From contig NC_068994.1 in NCBI RefSeq assembly GCF_001194135.2, positions 31,224,755 to 31,288,754 on the forward strand: 64,000 nt of DNA. The letters are read 5' to 3'. The notes under the pieces are model-generated. The model was not told where the DNA came from and made no database searches. It worked only from the letters and a program-made list of their open reading frames with translations. The first letter of the stretch is position 1; every line of letters starts with the position of its first letter. Shown here piece after piece: positions 1 through 11,305 of this stretch. The stretch comes from Octopus bimaculoides (lineage: Eukaryota). A program made the translations under genes and the position numbers.

Positions 1-18
1 CGAAACATCTGTTTTATA

Positions 19-1153
19 CAGGGTTGCCAATTTAGCATATTTTATGCTAGATCTAGCATTTTTTTTTTCAGCATTTAGCAGAAAATTTTTTAATCTGGCA
101 TTTAGCAGGGAAAATAGCAGGTTTAAAATTTTATGTAGCATTTTTTCAGCATTTTTCTCTGATCATGACATTTCCACAATAGTTACCCTCTTTTCTTCTT
201 TTTCCTCCTTTTCTACTTTCGTTAATGTATCTTATAGCCAAATTTTAGTACTATCGGCTATTATTGAATTTTTCTTTCACTTTCTTGAAATTTCAAATGA
301 AAGTTTATCAAAAGGAAGTTTATCAAGTTATGAACTTTTCCAGTCCCCTTCCCAGCGGCTTGGGTACAGAGTGATGCTGGTGGGGGGAGGGGGAGAAGAT
401 AACTGTGTCAGCACCTGAACTCACGACACAATAATGTAAATATGTTGCAAAGAATGAAAGCATGGTAATTCGTCCTAACAATGCATTATGCTGTAGTGAT
501 GAGTTATTATAATGACAGATTGACTGATTTACTTTCTGTTTGATTGTGTTTTTTCATGCTTGTTTTGGATTATATATCTTGTATAGAAGTGCGGGCGGAG
601 TTGGTGGGGTCTCCTCCTTTATATTTCTACTTTTTTTTTCAAGTATTGTAGTTACATTTGAGGTTTTACCAATGGATATTAAATGTAAGATTGGAAGCGA
701 AATATGATGTTCCCAGGTTTATATCAGAACACAGTTTTAGGATTTCTGCAGAGTTTCCTTTTCCATTTATAAGTTGGACACCCTGCATCTTGAATCAGTA
801 TTCTTCACCTCAAGAATCTGTAAGCAGCAAACATAAGGATTGTTAATGGCGAATGAAAGAATTGTTAGCGACAAACCGATAAGTTGTGTTTTCAGTTTTA
901 TATTTTTATTAATCATTCAATTTATTTTCTTGCTTTCCATTCCTTTTTGCTGTACCAGCAAAAATTCCGAAAGGAATAGCTTAAGATGCCAGCGCTTACG
1001 AAGTGGTTGCGTGAAGTACCTAGTGGCCAATCTAAAGTATATTGTAGATGTAATATGTTGGCAAAATATTCTCTTTTAGTAAGCCACTGTGAAGAAACAT
1101 AAGGCATCAACTCCCCGGCAAATGATTCTTACCAATTTTATTAAAACCAAAAA
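19..1153 (+). mobile_element. Left end of a degenerate hAT-family DNA transposon (TIR, subterminal repeats, transposase N-terminal zinc finger); runs into an N-gap
   Basis: CAGGGTTGCCAA at 19-30 resembles a hAT TIR and is followed by repeated TAGCA/CAGCA motifs (to ~155). 953-1153 translates YQQKFRKE*LKMPALTKWLREVPSGQSKVYCRCN..SH, frameshifting into VKKHKAS, which resembles hAT transposase N-terminal Zn fingers. The right TIR was not seen. Confidence 0.6.
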
Positions 1154-1288
1154 NNNNNNNNNNNNNNNNNNNNNNNNNNNNNNNNNNNNNNNNNNNNNNN
1201 NNNNNNNNNNNNNNNNNNNNNNNNNNNNNNNNNNNNNNNNNNNNNNNNNNNNNCCAATCAGGGGTGGATAACAACCTTATAGGAACCC

Positions 1289-1575
1289 CCTATAGCCTCG
1301 GGCTGACCAAAGCCTTGTGAGTGGACTTGGTAAACGGAAACTGAAAGAAGCCTGTCGTATATATGTATATGTGTTTGTGTGTCTGTATTTGTCGCTTGAC
1401 AACCAATGCTGGTGTGTTTACGTTCTCGTAACTTAACAGTTCGGCAAAAGAGACCGATAGAATAAGTACTAGGCATACAAAGAATAAGTCCTGGGGTCGA
1501 TTTGCTCTACTAAAGGCGGTGCTCCAGCATGGCCGCAGTCAAATGACTGAAACAATTAAAAGAGTAAAAGAGTAT
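1289..1575 (+). mobile_element. SINE family A, 5'-truncated copy
   Basis: Colinear with full copies at 25866-26293 (-) and 59779-60168 (+); same 3' end ...ggccgcagtcaaatgactgaaac..aaaagag. Confidence 0.9.
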
Positions 1576-1766
1576 ATATATGTATATGCACATATAATAT
1601 ATATATAATATATAATGCAAGAGAGTTAGGGGTTGAGGATTCAACCCACTAAGGGATAGTATCTATCCAATATACTGCTGGGAGGGTACCCAATTATTGT
1701 TACACTAGTGTTATACCAAGTGTAATAAGTGGGTGTGAGTAAAAGGGGGTTATTTTACCCTAAATT

Positions 1767-2130
1767 TATATAGCAATAAGAAAATGGAGGAGAATATGCG
1801 GTATCCATCTACTTGCAGACAGTGTATTCCATTGAATTAATTTGTTTATTTTGTAACTAAAATAACAAAAACCACAATATACAAATGCTTATGACATACT
1901 ATGCCATATTAACAATTAAGGTTACAAATATAAAGTACATTTAGCAATTTTGCTAAATGTACTTTATATTTGTAACCTTAATCGTTAATATGACATGGTA
2001 TGTCATAAGCATCTGTATATTGTGGTTTTTGTTATTTTAGTTACAAAATAAACAAATTAATTCAATGAAATACACTGTCTGCAAGTAGATGGATACCGCA
2101 TATTCTCCTCCATTTTCTTATTGCTATATA
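1767..2130. repeat. Long inverted repeat: 181-bp arms, 2-nt spacer
   Basis: 1767-1947 pairs with 1950-2130; 5 mismatches by hand alignment, all transitions. Confidence 0.97.
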
Positions 2131-2397
2131 ATATATATATATATACATACATATAAATAATATATATATATATATACAATATATATATACATATAATATA
2201 TATAATGTATATATATTATACATATGTATGTATTATATATATGTACATATATTATATATAAGAATATATTTTATATATATAATATATATTATACATACGA
2301 ATATATTTTATATATATGTATATATATGTATATCATATATATATTATATGTATAAATATATATGCATATATATTATATATATAAGTATGTATGTGCA

Positions 2398-2728
2398 GGC
2401 GCATGGTTCAGTGGTTGGAGCGTCGAGCTTACGATCGCGAGGTTGTGAGTTCGAATCCCGGACCGGGCTGCGTGTTGCGTTCTTGAGTAAAGCACTTTAT
2501 TTCACATCACTCCAGTTCACTCAGCTGTAGAAATGAGCTGCGACGTCACAGGTGCGAAGCTGTATCGGCCTTTGCCTTTTCCTTGGATAACACTGGTGGC
2601 ATGGAGAGGGGATGCCGGTATGCATGGGCGACTGCTGGTCTTCCATAAACAACCTTGCTCGGACTTGTGCCTCGGAGGGTAACTTTCTAGGTGCAATAGC
2701 ATGGTCAGTCATGGCCGAAGGTGGTCCC
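2398..2728 (+). mobile_element. tRNA-derived SINE family T, full length
   Basis: A box TGGTTCAGTGG (2404-2414), B box GTTCGAATCC (2449-2458), then a non-tRNA body. A second copy lies at 5299-5482 (-). Confidence 0.9.
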
Positions 2729-2889
2729 AGCAAGTGTATGTATATATATATTATGTATACCAGTATACATATATGTATATATATGCAATTAAGATCTAAG
2801 CACTGGCATCTCATAGATTATATTCATAGATTATATTCTCATCAGAAAACATATGAAAAATGTTTCTAGCGGTCGGGCCATGAGAGGGG

Positions 2890-5298
2890 GCAGTGAGCTG
2901 GACTGACCATTATCTAGTGCGTGGAAAAATAGTTTTTTTGATAATTTCTAAAAATTGACAGTTTGGTCCTGAGGTACCTAAAAAGTTGAATGTTGCAAAC
3001 TTTAAATTATCAAGCAACTTGCAAAGATTCCACGATGCTATAGAAAGTATCAATCTTGACCTAAACAATCTATGGGAAGATTTCAAAACAAAAGTATTTC
3101 AGGCTGCAAGTCCGTCAGTAGGATTTAAATCACATAAGTCCAGTAACTGGTTGTCAGAAAGATCAGCAGAAATTCATGATCTACTTTTAGAAAAACACAA
3201 CATAGGCAATACATTTCCTTCTCAGTCCTTGAACCCCAACTCAAGCGAAGCTAACAGAAAACTGAAAAGAAAAGTGTAGACTGCTCTAAGGAAGATTAAA
3301 CAGGATTGGTGGAATGATAGACCAAAAGGGGCACAAGAAACAGCTGATACAAATTATGCCAAGTGTTTGTACTCTTATGTTAAGGAGATATATGACCCAA
3401 AATCTTCTTCAATAGCTCCAGTGGGAACAGCAAATGGATGTTTTCTTCTGACTGACACCGCTTCTATTCATAAGTATTGGGTAGAACATTTTTCCGCACT
3501 TTTGAATAGACGATCATCCATGGACATGAGGACGATAGAAAAAATTGAACATCTTCCAGTAATAGAAGAAATAGCATTTGAACCAACTCTAAATGACGTT
3601 TATTTAGCTGTGAATAAGCTGAATAACAATAAGTCTCCAGGGTCTGATGGAATCTGTGCAGAAGTCTTGAAATATGGGGGTGACAAAATGTTTGAACTCT
3701 TAAATATATTAATTTGTCACTGTTGGAGAACTGAGAAAGTGCTTCAAGACCGGATTGATGCCATTTTGGTCTCTTTGTATAAATCGGGGCCAGAGGATCT
3801 GTGTGGTAATTTTCGTGGGATTTCGCTTTTGTCTGTGGTTGGAAAGGTACTTGCCCGAATTTTGTTAGAACGTTTAAATACCTTTATAGTTCCAAATATA
3901 GTGTCTGAATCTCAGTGTAGTTTTCGTTCCTCCAGGGGCACAGCTGATTGTATCTTTACTGTCATACAATTACAAGAAAAGTGCATTGAACAGTATCTTG
4001 CTCTATACCATTGCTTTGTTGATTTGAGCAAAGCATTTGACACTGTTAATCAAAATGCTCTGTGGCTAATTCTAAGGAAAATAGGTTGTCCAGAAAAATT
4101 TGTAAACATGATCAGGGCTTTGCATCAAGATATGAAAGCTAAAGTTAATTTTTATGGTAGGCTCTCTGAATCTTTTGCTGCTGAAAATGCAGTAAAGCAA
4201 GAAGATCTTGATGCACCCACCCTCTTTGCAATATATTTGTTGTTGTGTTGTCACATGCTTTTCAAAATTCTGAGGAGGGTATTTACAAAAAATATCAAAC
4301 AACTGGGAATGTTTTTTAATCTGACCAGACTGAAATTCAAAGCAAAGGTTTTTACTTCACTCATTAGGGAACTTTTGTATGCTAACGATTGCGATCTTGT
4401 CAGTCAGAAACAGGTCTGCAATCTCTTGTATCTGCATTTTACTCGGCTTGTGATGATTTTGGCTTGACCATCAAGTTGAAGAAAAAAACAGTTGTAATGC
4501 ATCAACCTGTGTGTGTGGTGCTATTTGTAACCGTACTAAAATTTTTGTTAAGAGCAAGTTACTTGGGACTGTCAATTCGTTCGTCTACCTTGGAAGCTCT
4601 GTTCAAAATGATGGAAATCTTGGTACAGAAATACAGCTGCGAATTCAAAGGGTAGCAAAAGCATTTGGTGCCTTGGAGTCACGCGTTTGATGCCAGCGAC
4701 ATATAAATAACAATACAAAGCTGGCTCTTTACAAATCATTTCTCTTACCATCCCTGTTATATTCCTGTGAAACTTGGACTTGTTATGAAAGGCATTTTAA
4801 ATTGTTAGAACAATTCCACCAAAAATGCCTTCATCGCATTTTCAAAATTAAAAGGAGTTCTTTTACTCCAAACACAGACGTCTTTGCATTTGCAGGCATC
4901 ACCACAATTAAAGCTATGATTTTGAGGAACCAATTGGGATGGTGTGGCCATAGTGTTCGAATGGCAGATGAACACATGCCGAAACAGCTGTGTTATAGTG
5001 AGCTTGCAGAGGGGAAACGCTATCGACGTATACCTAAAAAAAGGTTTAAGGACGGCATAAGGACTACTATGAAGTCACTGGGAATGGTTCCAGAGGATAT
5101 AGAAACCCTTGCTTCGGATCGATTTGGATGGCGAACAAAGGTGTGGAATGGAGTGAAAGCATCTGAAGAGGCCAGGATAACACAAATAAAGTTCAAAAGA
5201 GATCTAAGGAAAAATGTAACGATTGAGAAGGTGAATGACAATGACCTTTCTGTGTACACAGTCTGTGACAGATCATGCCTGTCTTTCGCTGGACTGAT
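2890..5298 (+). mobile_element. RTE-clade (BovB-like) LINE ORF2, degenerate: reverse transcriptase and C-terminus
   Basis: Motifs KSPGSDGI, NFRGISLLSVVGKVLARIL, FVDLSKAFDTV, ELLYAND (YADD), QLGWCGHSVRM and terminal CDRSCLSFAGL; contains stops and frameshifts. Confidence 0.93.
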
Positions 5299-5482
5299 GT
5301 TATCCAAGGGAAAGGCAAAGGCCAATACAGCTTGGCACAAGTAATGTCGCAACTCATTTTTACAGCTGAATTAACTGGAGCAACGTGAAATAAAGTGTCT
5401 TGCTCAAGAACACAACATGCTGCCCGGTCCGGGAATCGAACTCACAACCTCACGATCGTAAGCTCGACGCTCTAACCACTGA
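5299..5482 (-). mobile_element. SINE family T, 5' half
   Basis: Reverse complement of ~2408-2592; it truncates the RTE 3' end. Confidence 0.9.
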
Positions 5483-5589
5483 TACTCGGAGTTTCACGTT
5501 CCCGTTCATCGGACAGTTTTGTTAGAAATGGGAAAGGAATGACAATGCAATCAAAAGTAATATAAAATTTGAAACACATAGATCTGTTC

Positions 5590-5945
5590 GATTGGTCGTT
5601 TTTGCTCACTGTTCCCAGGGCTCCGACAATTATTGGTGCTACTGCTACCTTTTTCATTGACCACAACTGCTTAACTTCCCAAGCTAACCTGTCATATCTC
5701 TCAACTTTTCTTTTTTCTTTATCGCATACCCTGTTGTCAGCTGGGCATGCTATGTCTATGATCCAGCATAGTTTGTTTTCTTTCTCAATTAAGACTATAT
5801 CCTGCTCCCTATTCTCTATCTCATGGTCGCACTGAATCGTAAAATCCCATAGGATCTTTGCCTTTCTATTTTCGATGATGCCTTCAGGTTTGTGGTCATA
5901 TCAATTTTTTGCTCTGTCAAGTCCATACTTCAACCTGTTCTATTT
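5590..5945 (-). mobile_element. R4/Dong-like LINE fragment (restriction-like endonuclease region)
   Basis: Minus-strand translation includes KILWDFTIQCDHEI, IIDIACP and LWSMKKVAVAPIIVGALGTVSK. Confidence 0.85.
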
Positions 5946-5988
5946 GTAATTACTTGTAGAAAAAAACAACAACAATAATACATACATA

Positions 5989-6019
<31 letters not shown>

Positions 6020-7237
6020 CTGATATTCACGTCGTTGAATTTTTTAATTTCTGAATTCAATTGTGGGATCTATTTTAAAACGGGGGCGCCAGTATTTTCT
6101 TAANNNNNNNNNNNNNNNNNNNNNNNNNNNNNNNNNNNNNNNNNNNNNNNNNNNNNNNNNNNNNNNNNNNNNNNNNNNNNNNNNNNNNNNNNNNNNNNNN
6201 NNNNNNNNNNNNNNNNNNNNNNNNNNNNNNNNNNNNNNNNNNNNNNNNNNNNNNNNNNNNNNNNNNNNNNNNNNNNNNNNNNNNNNNNNNNNNNNNNNNN
6301 NNNNNNNNNNNNNNNNNNNNNNNNNNNNNNNNNNNNNNNNNNNNNNNNNNNNNNNNNNNNNNNNNNNNNNNNNNNNNNNNNNNNNNNNNNNNNNNNNNNN
6401 NNNNNNNNNNNNNNNNNNNNNNNNNNNNNNNNNNNNNNNNNNNNNNNNNNNNNNNNNNNNNNNNNNNNNNNNNNNNNNNNNNNNNNNNNNNNNNNNNNNN
6501 NNNNNNNNNNNNNNNNNNNNNNNNNNNNNNNNNNNNNNNNNNNNNNNNNNNNNNNNNNNNNNNNNNNNNNNNNNNNNNNNNNNNNNNNNNNNNNNNNNNN
6601 NNNNNNNNNNNNNNNNNNNNNNNNNNNNNNNNNNNNNNNNNNNNNNNNNNNNNNNNNNNNNNNNNNNNNNNNNNNNNNNNNNNNNGTTTTAAGATTTACT
6701 AAATATGGTCTTTTGTATGACCTCACAGAGAGAAATGGTAGTGTTCTTAGAAGAAAAAGGAGGACGATGTTTGCACTTTCGAATACTCAAGGAGAGAGGA
6801 GAGGATAAGTATACACACCGTAGTTGTAGATATTAAAGGTTTTTTTTTTTTCTTTAAGCTGATCGTTTGTGTGTTCGAACGCTGTAGGTATGTAAGTTTC
6901 GTAACTTATTTCATTTTGAAGGAAATTGTAGATATTCCAGTCTTTGGGAATAGTAGGAGGAAGAGATGTTCACCTTGTTGGATTTTTGAATTTCTGAATT
7001 TCTTTTTCTTTTTCTTTTGGACTTTTTCTTTTCTTTTTAAAAGTTTTCCTATGGTTTACAGTTTTTGTAGTTGTGCTGTATGTATGTATTGGCAGGTGCT
7101 TGCTTCCTTAATTTTTTTTATCGTGCATTTAATTGTGTTGTTACAATAAAAGTTATGTTTACATGTTCTGTTAGTCAGGGAAGAAGGGAAGACAGAATGT
7201 TCACACAAAATTAGAGATATTAAAGTTTCTAAATTTT

Positions 7238-7242
7238 TATTA

Positions 7243-7332
<90 letters not shown>
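7238..7332. repeat. (TTA)n/(TAA)n microsatellite abutting the Dong-like 3' end
   Basis: Read directly from the sequence. Confidence 0.95.
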
Positions 7333-7333
<1 letters not shown>

Positions 7334-8490
7334 ATGAAAACTCACAGCTTATTTTGCTGGGTATGATGGAAAGTATCAGCTGTTCACAGCCGGCAGACTA
7401 AGGTGACATTTGTATATTGGTTATACTTCAAGAACCCTGCGGAGAATTCTTGCAGTTCCAAGCAATGCTGAATTCTGTAGGTGTTCTACTTTCACACTTG
7501 CACCAGTTTTTTCAGCCACGTCGGTAGTTGAGTGCGGATACTTCCAAGTGTACCAATTACTATTGGTATGACGTCTACTCTCTTCATTGACCACAAACTC
7601 CGTATTTCCCATTTCAAATCGTAATAGTACTTCAGTTTTTCTTTTTCTTTCACATTGATCCTGTTGTCACCGGAGCATGCTATGTCGATTATTATATATG
7701 TNNNNNNNNNNGTTCTTTCTTTTTTTTTATTCACCACAACAATGGCTGGTTTCCGATGTCTGGTCAGACGATCGCACTGGATCATTGTATCCCACAGGAT
7801 CTTGCAATTCTCATTTTCGGTGACTCCTGGAGTTTTCTCATACTACGTCTTTGCTCTTTGTAGGTCGGGATTTCCACAGAGCTCCCAATGGATCATTCTT
7901 GCCACATTGTCATGGCGTCTTTTGTATTCGCGTTGTGTCAATTTCGAGCATTTGCTAACGATGTGCCATACCGTTTCACCGCTCTCACCACACATTCTAC
8001 ATCTGTCGTTATCGGTAATGTTGTCTATTCTGCACTTCATATAGTTGATTCTTATCGCTTGTTTCTGAGTAGCGCATATGAGAGCTTCTGTATCTATCTT
8101 CAGGTCACCTCTCCTCATCCATAGCCACCGGTCCTCTGTATATGTCTTCGCGTTCACATCTCTTGCAAACTGACCGAACATTTTTCTTTTTTTCTTTTGT
8201 TCATTTCTTGTTTAAATTTTTCTTTTGTCATACAATTTTCAGTTTTGATGACGCCGGCCTTCTTCGTGTATTTCAACAGTGGCTGCACGGCATTTTCTAT
8301 ATACCACCCTAAGCTATTTTCCTCTGCTTCGATACAGTCCTGGCAACTGATCAACCTCTCCCACCCTTTCTTCTGGACAAGTTCAACTTATCGGTGGAAG
8401 GCTCCATGTACTGTTAACATTTTTTCTGGTCTTGGAATGCATTTTCTTCACTTCTCTTTTTTGCCATTTTATAATTCTCGTTCCATACCG
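7333..8490 (-). mobile_element. R4/Dong-like LINE, 5'-truncated, with 3' end
   Basis: Post-RT LISCQDCIEAEENSLGWY, CCHC motif CRMCGESGETVWHIVSKC, YKRRHDNVARMIHW, RLE region IIDIAC..DLKWEI..IPIVIGTLG, end motif LLGTARILRRVLEV* (stop 7421-7423), a short 3'UTR, then (TAA)n. Confidence 0.92.
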
Positions 8491-9661
8491 AAGTGATGCT
8501 ATCACCCACGTATTAACTGCTTAGATTTTATTCCATCAAGTCAATTTTGAGCGCAACACCAACCTCAGTCTTCGGAAATACTCCATCGAGGATCGAATCC
8601 ACGCTATACCTGCATGAAGCCACTACAAATACGTTGTGGAAAAAAAAATTATCTACTGTCATGGAGAAAGTGTAACTGTAAAAATGCAGAATTATCGGAG
8701 TAATGAGCATTTAAAAAATTATGTATGTATAGAAATGTATGAATGAAGAGATTCAAATTAAGGAAGTGCAATAATAATGTTTAGCAGTTCAAAACTGTGA
8801 ATAGTGAAATGCAGAATTAGGTCGACTGATCGTTGGTTCAAAGTAATTGAACATAAGCAATGAAATGGGTTATTTCCCTTGAGTGTTTAAAAAAATATTC
8901 TATATTCTATAAGTGGTATGACTTATTTCCCTTGGGTGTTTTAAAAAAATAGTTATATAAAAGAGATATAAANNNNNNNNNNNNNNNNNNNNNNNNNNNN
9001 NNNNNNNNNNNNNNNNNNNNNNNNNNNNNNNNNNNNNNNNNNNNNNNNNNNNNNNNNNNNNNNNNNNNNNNNNNNNNNNNNNNNNNNNNNNNNNNNNNNN
9101 NNNNNNNNNNNNNNNNNNNNNNNNNNNNNNNNNNNNNNNNNNNNNNNNNNNNNNNNNNNNNNNNNNNNNNNNNNNNNNNNNNNNNNNNNNNNNNNNNNNN
9201 NNNNNNNNNNNNNNNNNNNNNNNNNNNNNNNNNNNNNNNNNNNNNNNNNNNNNNNNNNNNNNNNNNNNNNNNNNNNNNNNNNNNNNNNNNNNNNNNNNNN
9301 NNNNNNNNNNNNNNNNNNNNNNNNNNNNNNNNNNNNNNNNNNNNNNNNNNNNNNNNNNNNNNNNNNNNNNNNNNNNNNNNNNNNNNNNNNNNNNNNNNNN
9401 NNNNNNNNNNNNNNNNNNNNNNNNNNNNNNNNNNNNNNNNNNNNNNNNNNNNNNNNNNNNNNNNNNNNNNNNNNNNNNNNNNNNNNNNTTATAAATTTTT
9501 TACCGAAGAGGGTTTTTTCATGCTGAGCTACCCGGCAAAATTGTTGATTGTTGATTTTGTTACTAATTGACGATTCCCTGCCCTGCATATCTATATATAT
9601 ATATATATATATATACACTCACACATAAATTCATATACATATACACACACATTATACACAT

Positions 9662-9698
<37 letters not shown>

Positions 9699-10010
9699 TA
9701 CCTGTACTTATATCAATTACAGGATCAAGTTTTTATTTTTCTGCATTTTACAAGAAACACACATGTATGCATTGTTTATGCTATAACTTATGACATATAT
9801 TACGCGGCGAATTGTTTTAGAACATAGAAGACTTTTTCCAGTCTGATTCTTCACATATATAGATATTTCTTTGTCTACTTACTTGTTTTGTCAAAAACAA
9901 TACTTTGTACAGTCGTTGGTAACGGATCTTTTAGAAACCTCAACGAGAACTGTCTACTATTTTTCTTAGAAGAAACACAGACACTCACGCACGCGTGCAC
10001 ACAGACACAT

Positions 10011-10047
<37 letters not shown>

Positions 10048-10062
10048 TATACACACACGCAC

Positions 10063-10093
<31 letters not shown>

Positions 10094-10109
10094 CATGTAT
10101 ATGTATATA

Positions 10110-11305
10110 TATCAGGCTGAGTAAAGAGTAAGCAACGTTTTGAAACATGAAATCCATCACAATATATTTCAACAATGCAGAAATTTTATTCATCAAAGTA
10201 AGTACCATTACAATCAACATATTTTTGCCAAGAGTTACAAGTTCGTTTATTCTGGTAACATAANNNNNNNNNNNNNNNNNNNNNNNNNNNNNNNNNNNNN
10301 NNNNNNNNNNNNNNNNNNNNNNNNNNNNNNNNNNNNNNNNNNNNNNNNNNNNNNNNNNNNNNNNNNNNNNNNNNNNNNNNNNNNNNNNNNNNNNNNNNNN
10401 NNNNNNNNNNNNNNNNNNNNNNNNNNNNNNNNNNNNNNNNNNNNNNNNNNNNNNNNNNNNNNNNNNNNNNNNNNNNNNNNNNNNNNNNNNNNNNNNNNNN
10501 NNNNNNNNNNNNNNNNNNNNNNNNNNNNNNNNNNNNNNNNNNNNNNNNNNNNNNNNNNNNNNNNNNNNNNNNNNNNNNNNNNNNNNNNNNNNNNNNNNNN
10601 NNNNNNNNNNNNNNNNNNNNNNNNNNNNNNNNNNNNNNNNNNNNNNNNNNNNNNNNNNNNNNNNNNNNNNNNNNNNNNNNNNNNNNNNNNNNNNNNNNNN
10701 NNNNNNNNNNNNNNNNNNNNNNNNNNNNNNNNNNNNNNNNNNNNNNNNNNNNNNNNNNNNNNNNNNNNNNNNNNNNNNNNNNNNNNNNNNNNNNNNNNNN
10801 NNNNNNNNNNNNNNNNNNNNNNNNNNNNNNNNNNNNNNNNNNNNNNNNNNNNNNNNNNNNNNNNNNNNNNNNNNNNNNNNNNNNNNNNNNNNNNNNNNNN
10901 NNNNNNNNNNNNNNNNNNNNNNNNNNNNNNNNNNNNNNTTCATCGCCAGTTACGGTCGAGAAATGGATCGGTTTGTTACGGAGAAGCGACCGGCAAATTT
11001 CATATCTGCGCATTTCCTGATCTTCATTCAAATCCTGTGGTACTCATTTGTCGAGCGTTTTAAACTGTCCGATCGCATGCAAATGGTTGCAGGCAGTTTT
11101 CTGGCTAACTTGAAGTTCTTTTGCTAGTTCTCGAGTGGTTTTACGTGGATCTTTCTCAATGATGGTCTTTAATTGACTGTCATCGATGATAAATGGGCGT
11201 CCACTATGCTCACGATCTTCAAGGCTCAGGTCTCCACTGCGAAATCGTTTAAACCATTTTCGAGCTGACCACTCACTGGTCATTTCCTCACCAAACGTTT
11301 CGTTG
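10110..11305 (-). mobile_element. mariner transposon spanning an N-gap; 5' end replaced by a LINE
   Basis: TIR-like TATCAGGCTGAG at 10110; C-terminus WQKYVDCNGTYFDE*; N-terminal HTH ARKWFKRFRSGDLSLEDREHSGRP; VTGDE. Confidence 0.9.

Noticed and set aside
44-418. 124-aa Phe/Ser-rich ORF
   Set aside because: A by-product of T-rich subterminal repeats of the hAT-like end.
2398-2470. tRNA gene (also heads at 5410-5482, 59779-59850)
   Set aside because: A and B boxes are present, but the sequence continues into a multicopy SINE body and no clean cloverleaf was found.
7238-7332. Dong-like LINE as the mobiliser of family-B SINEs
   Set aside because: The Dong tail is (TAA)n on its sense strand, the SINE tails are (ATT)n (opposite strand), and the 3' ends share no visible similarity.
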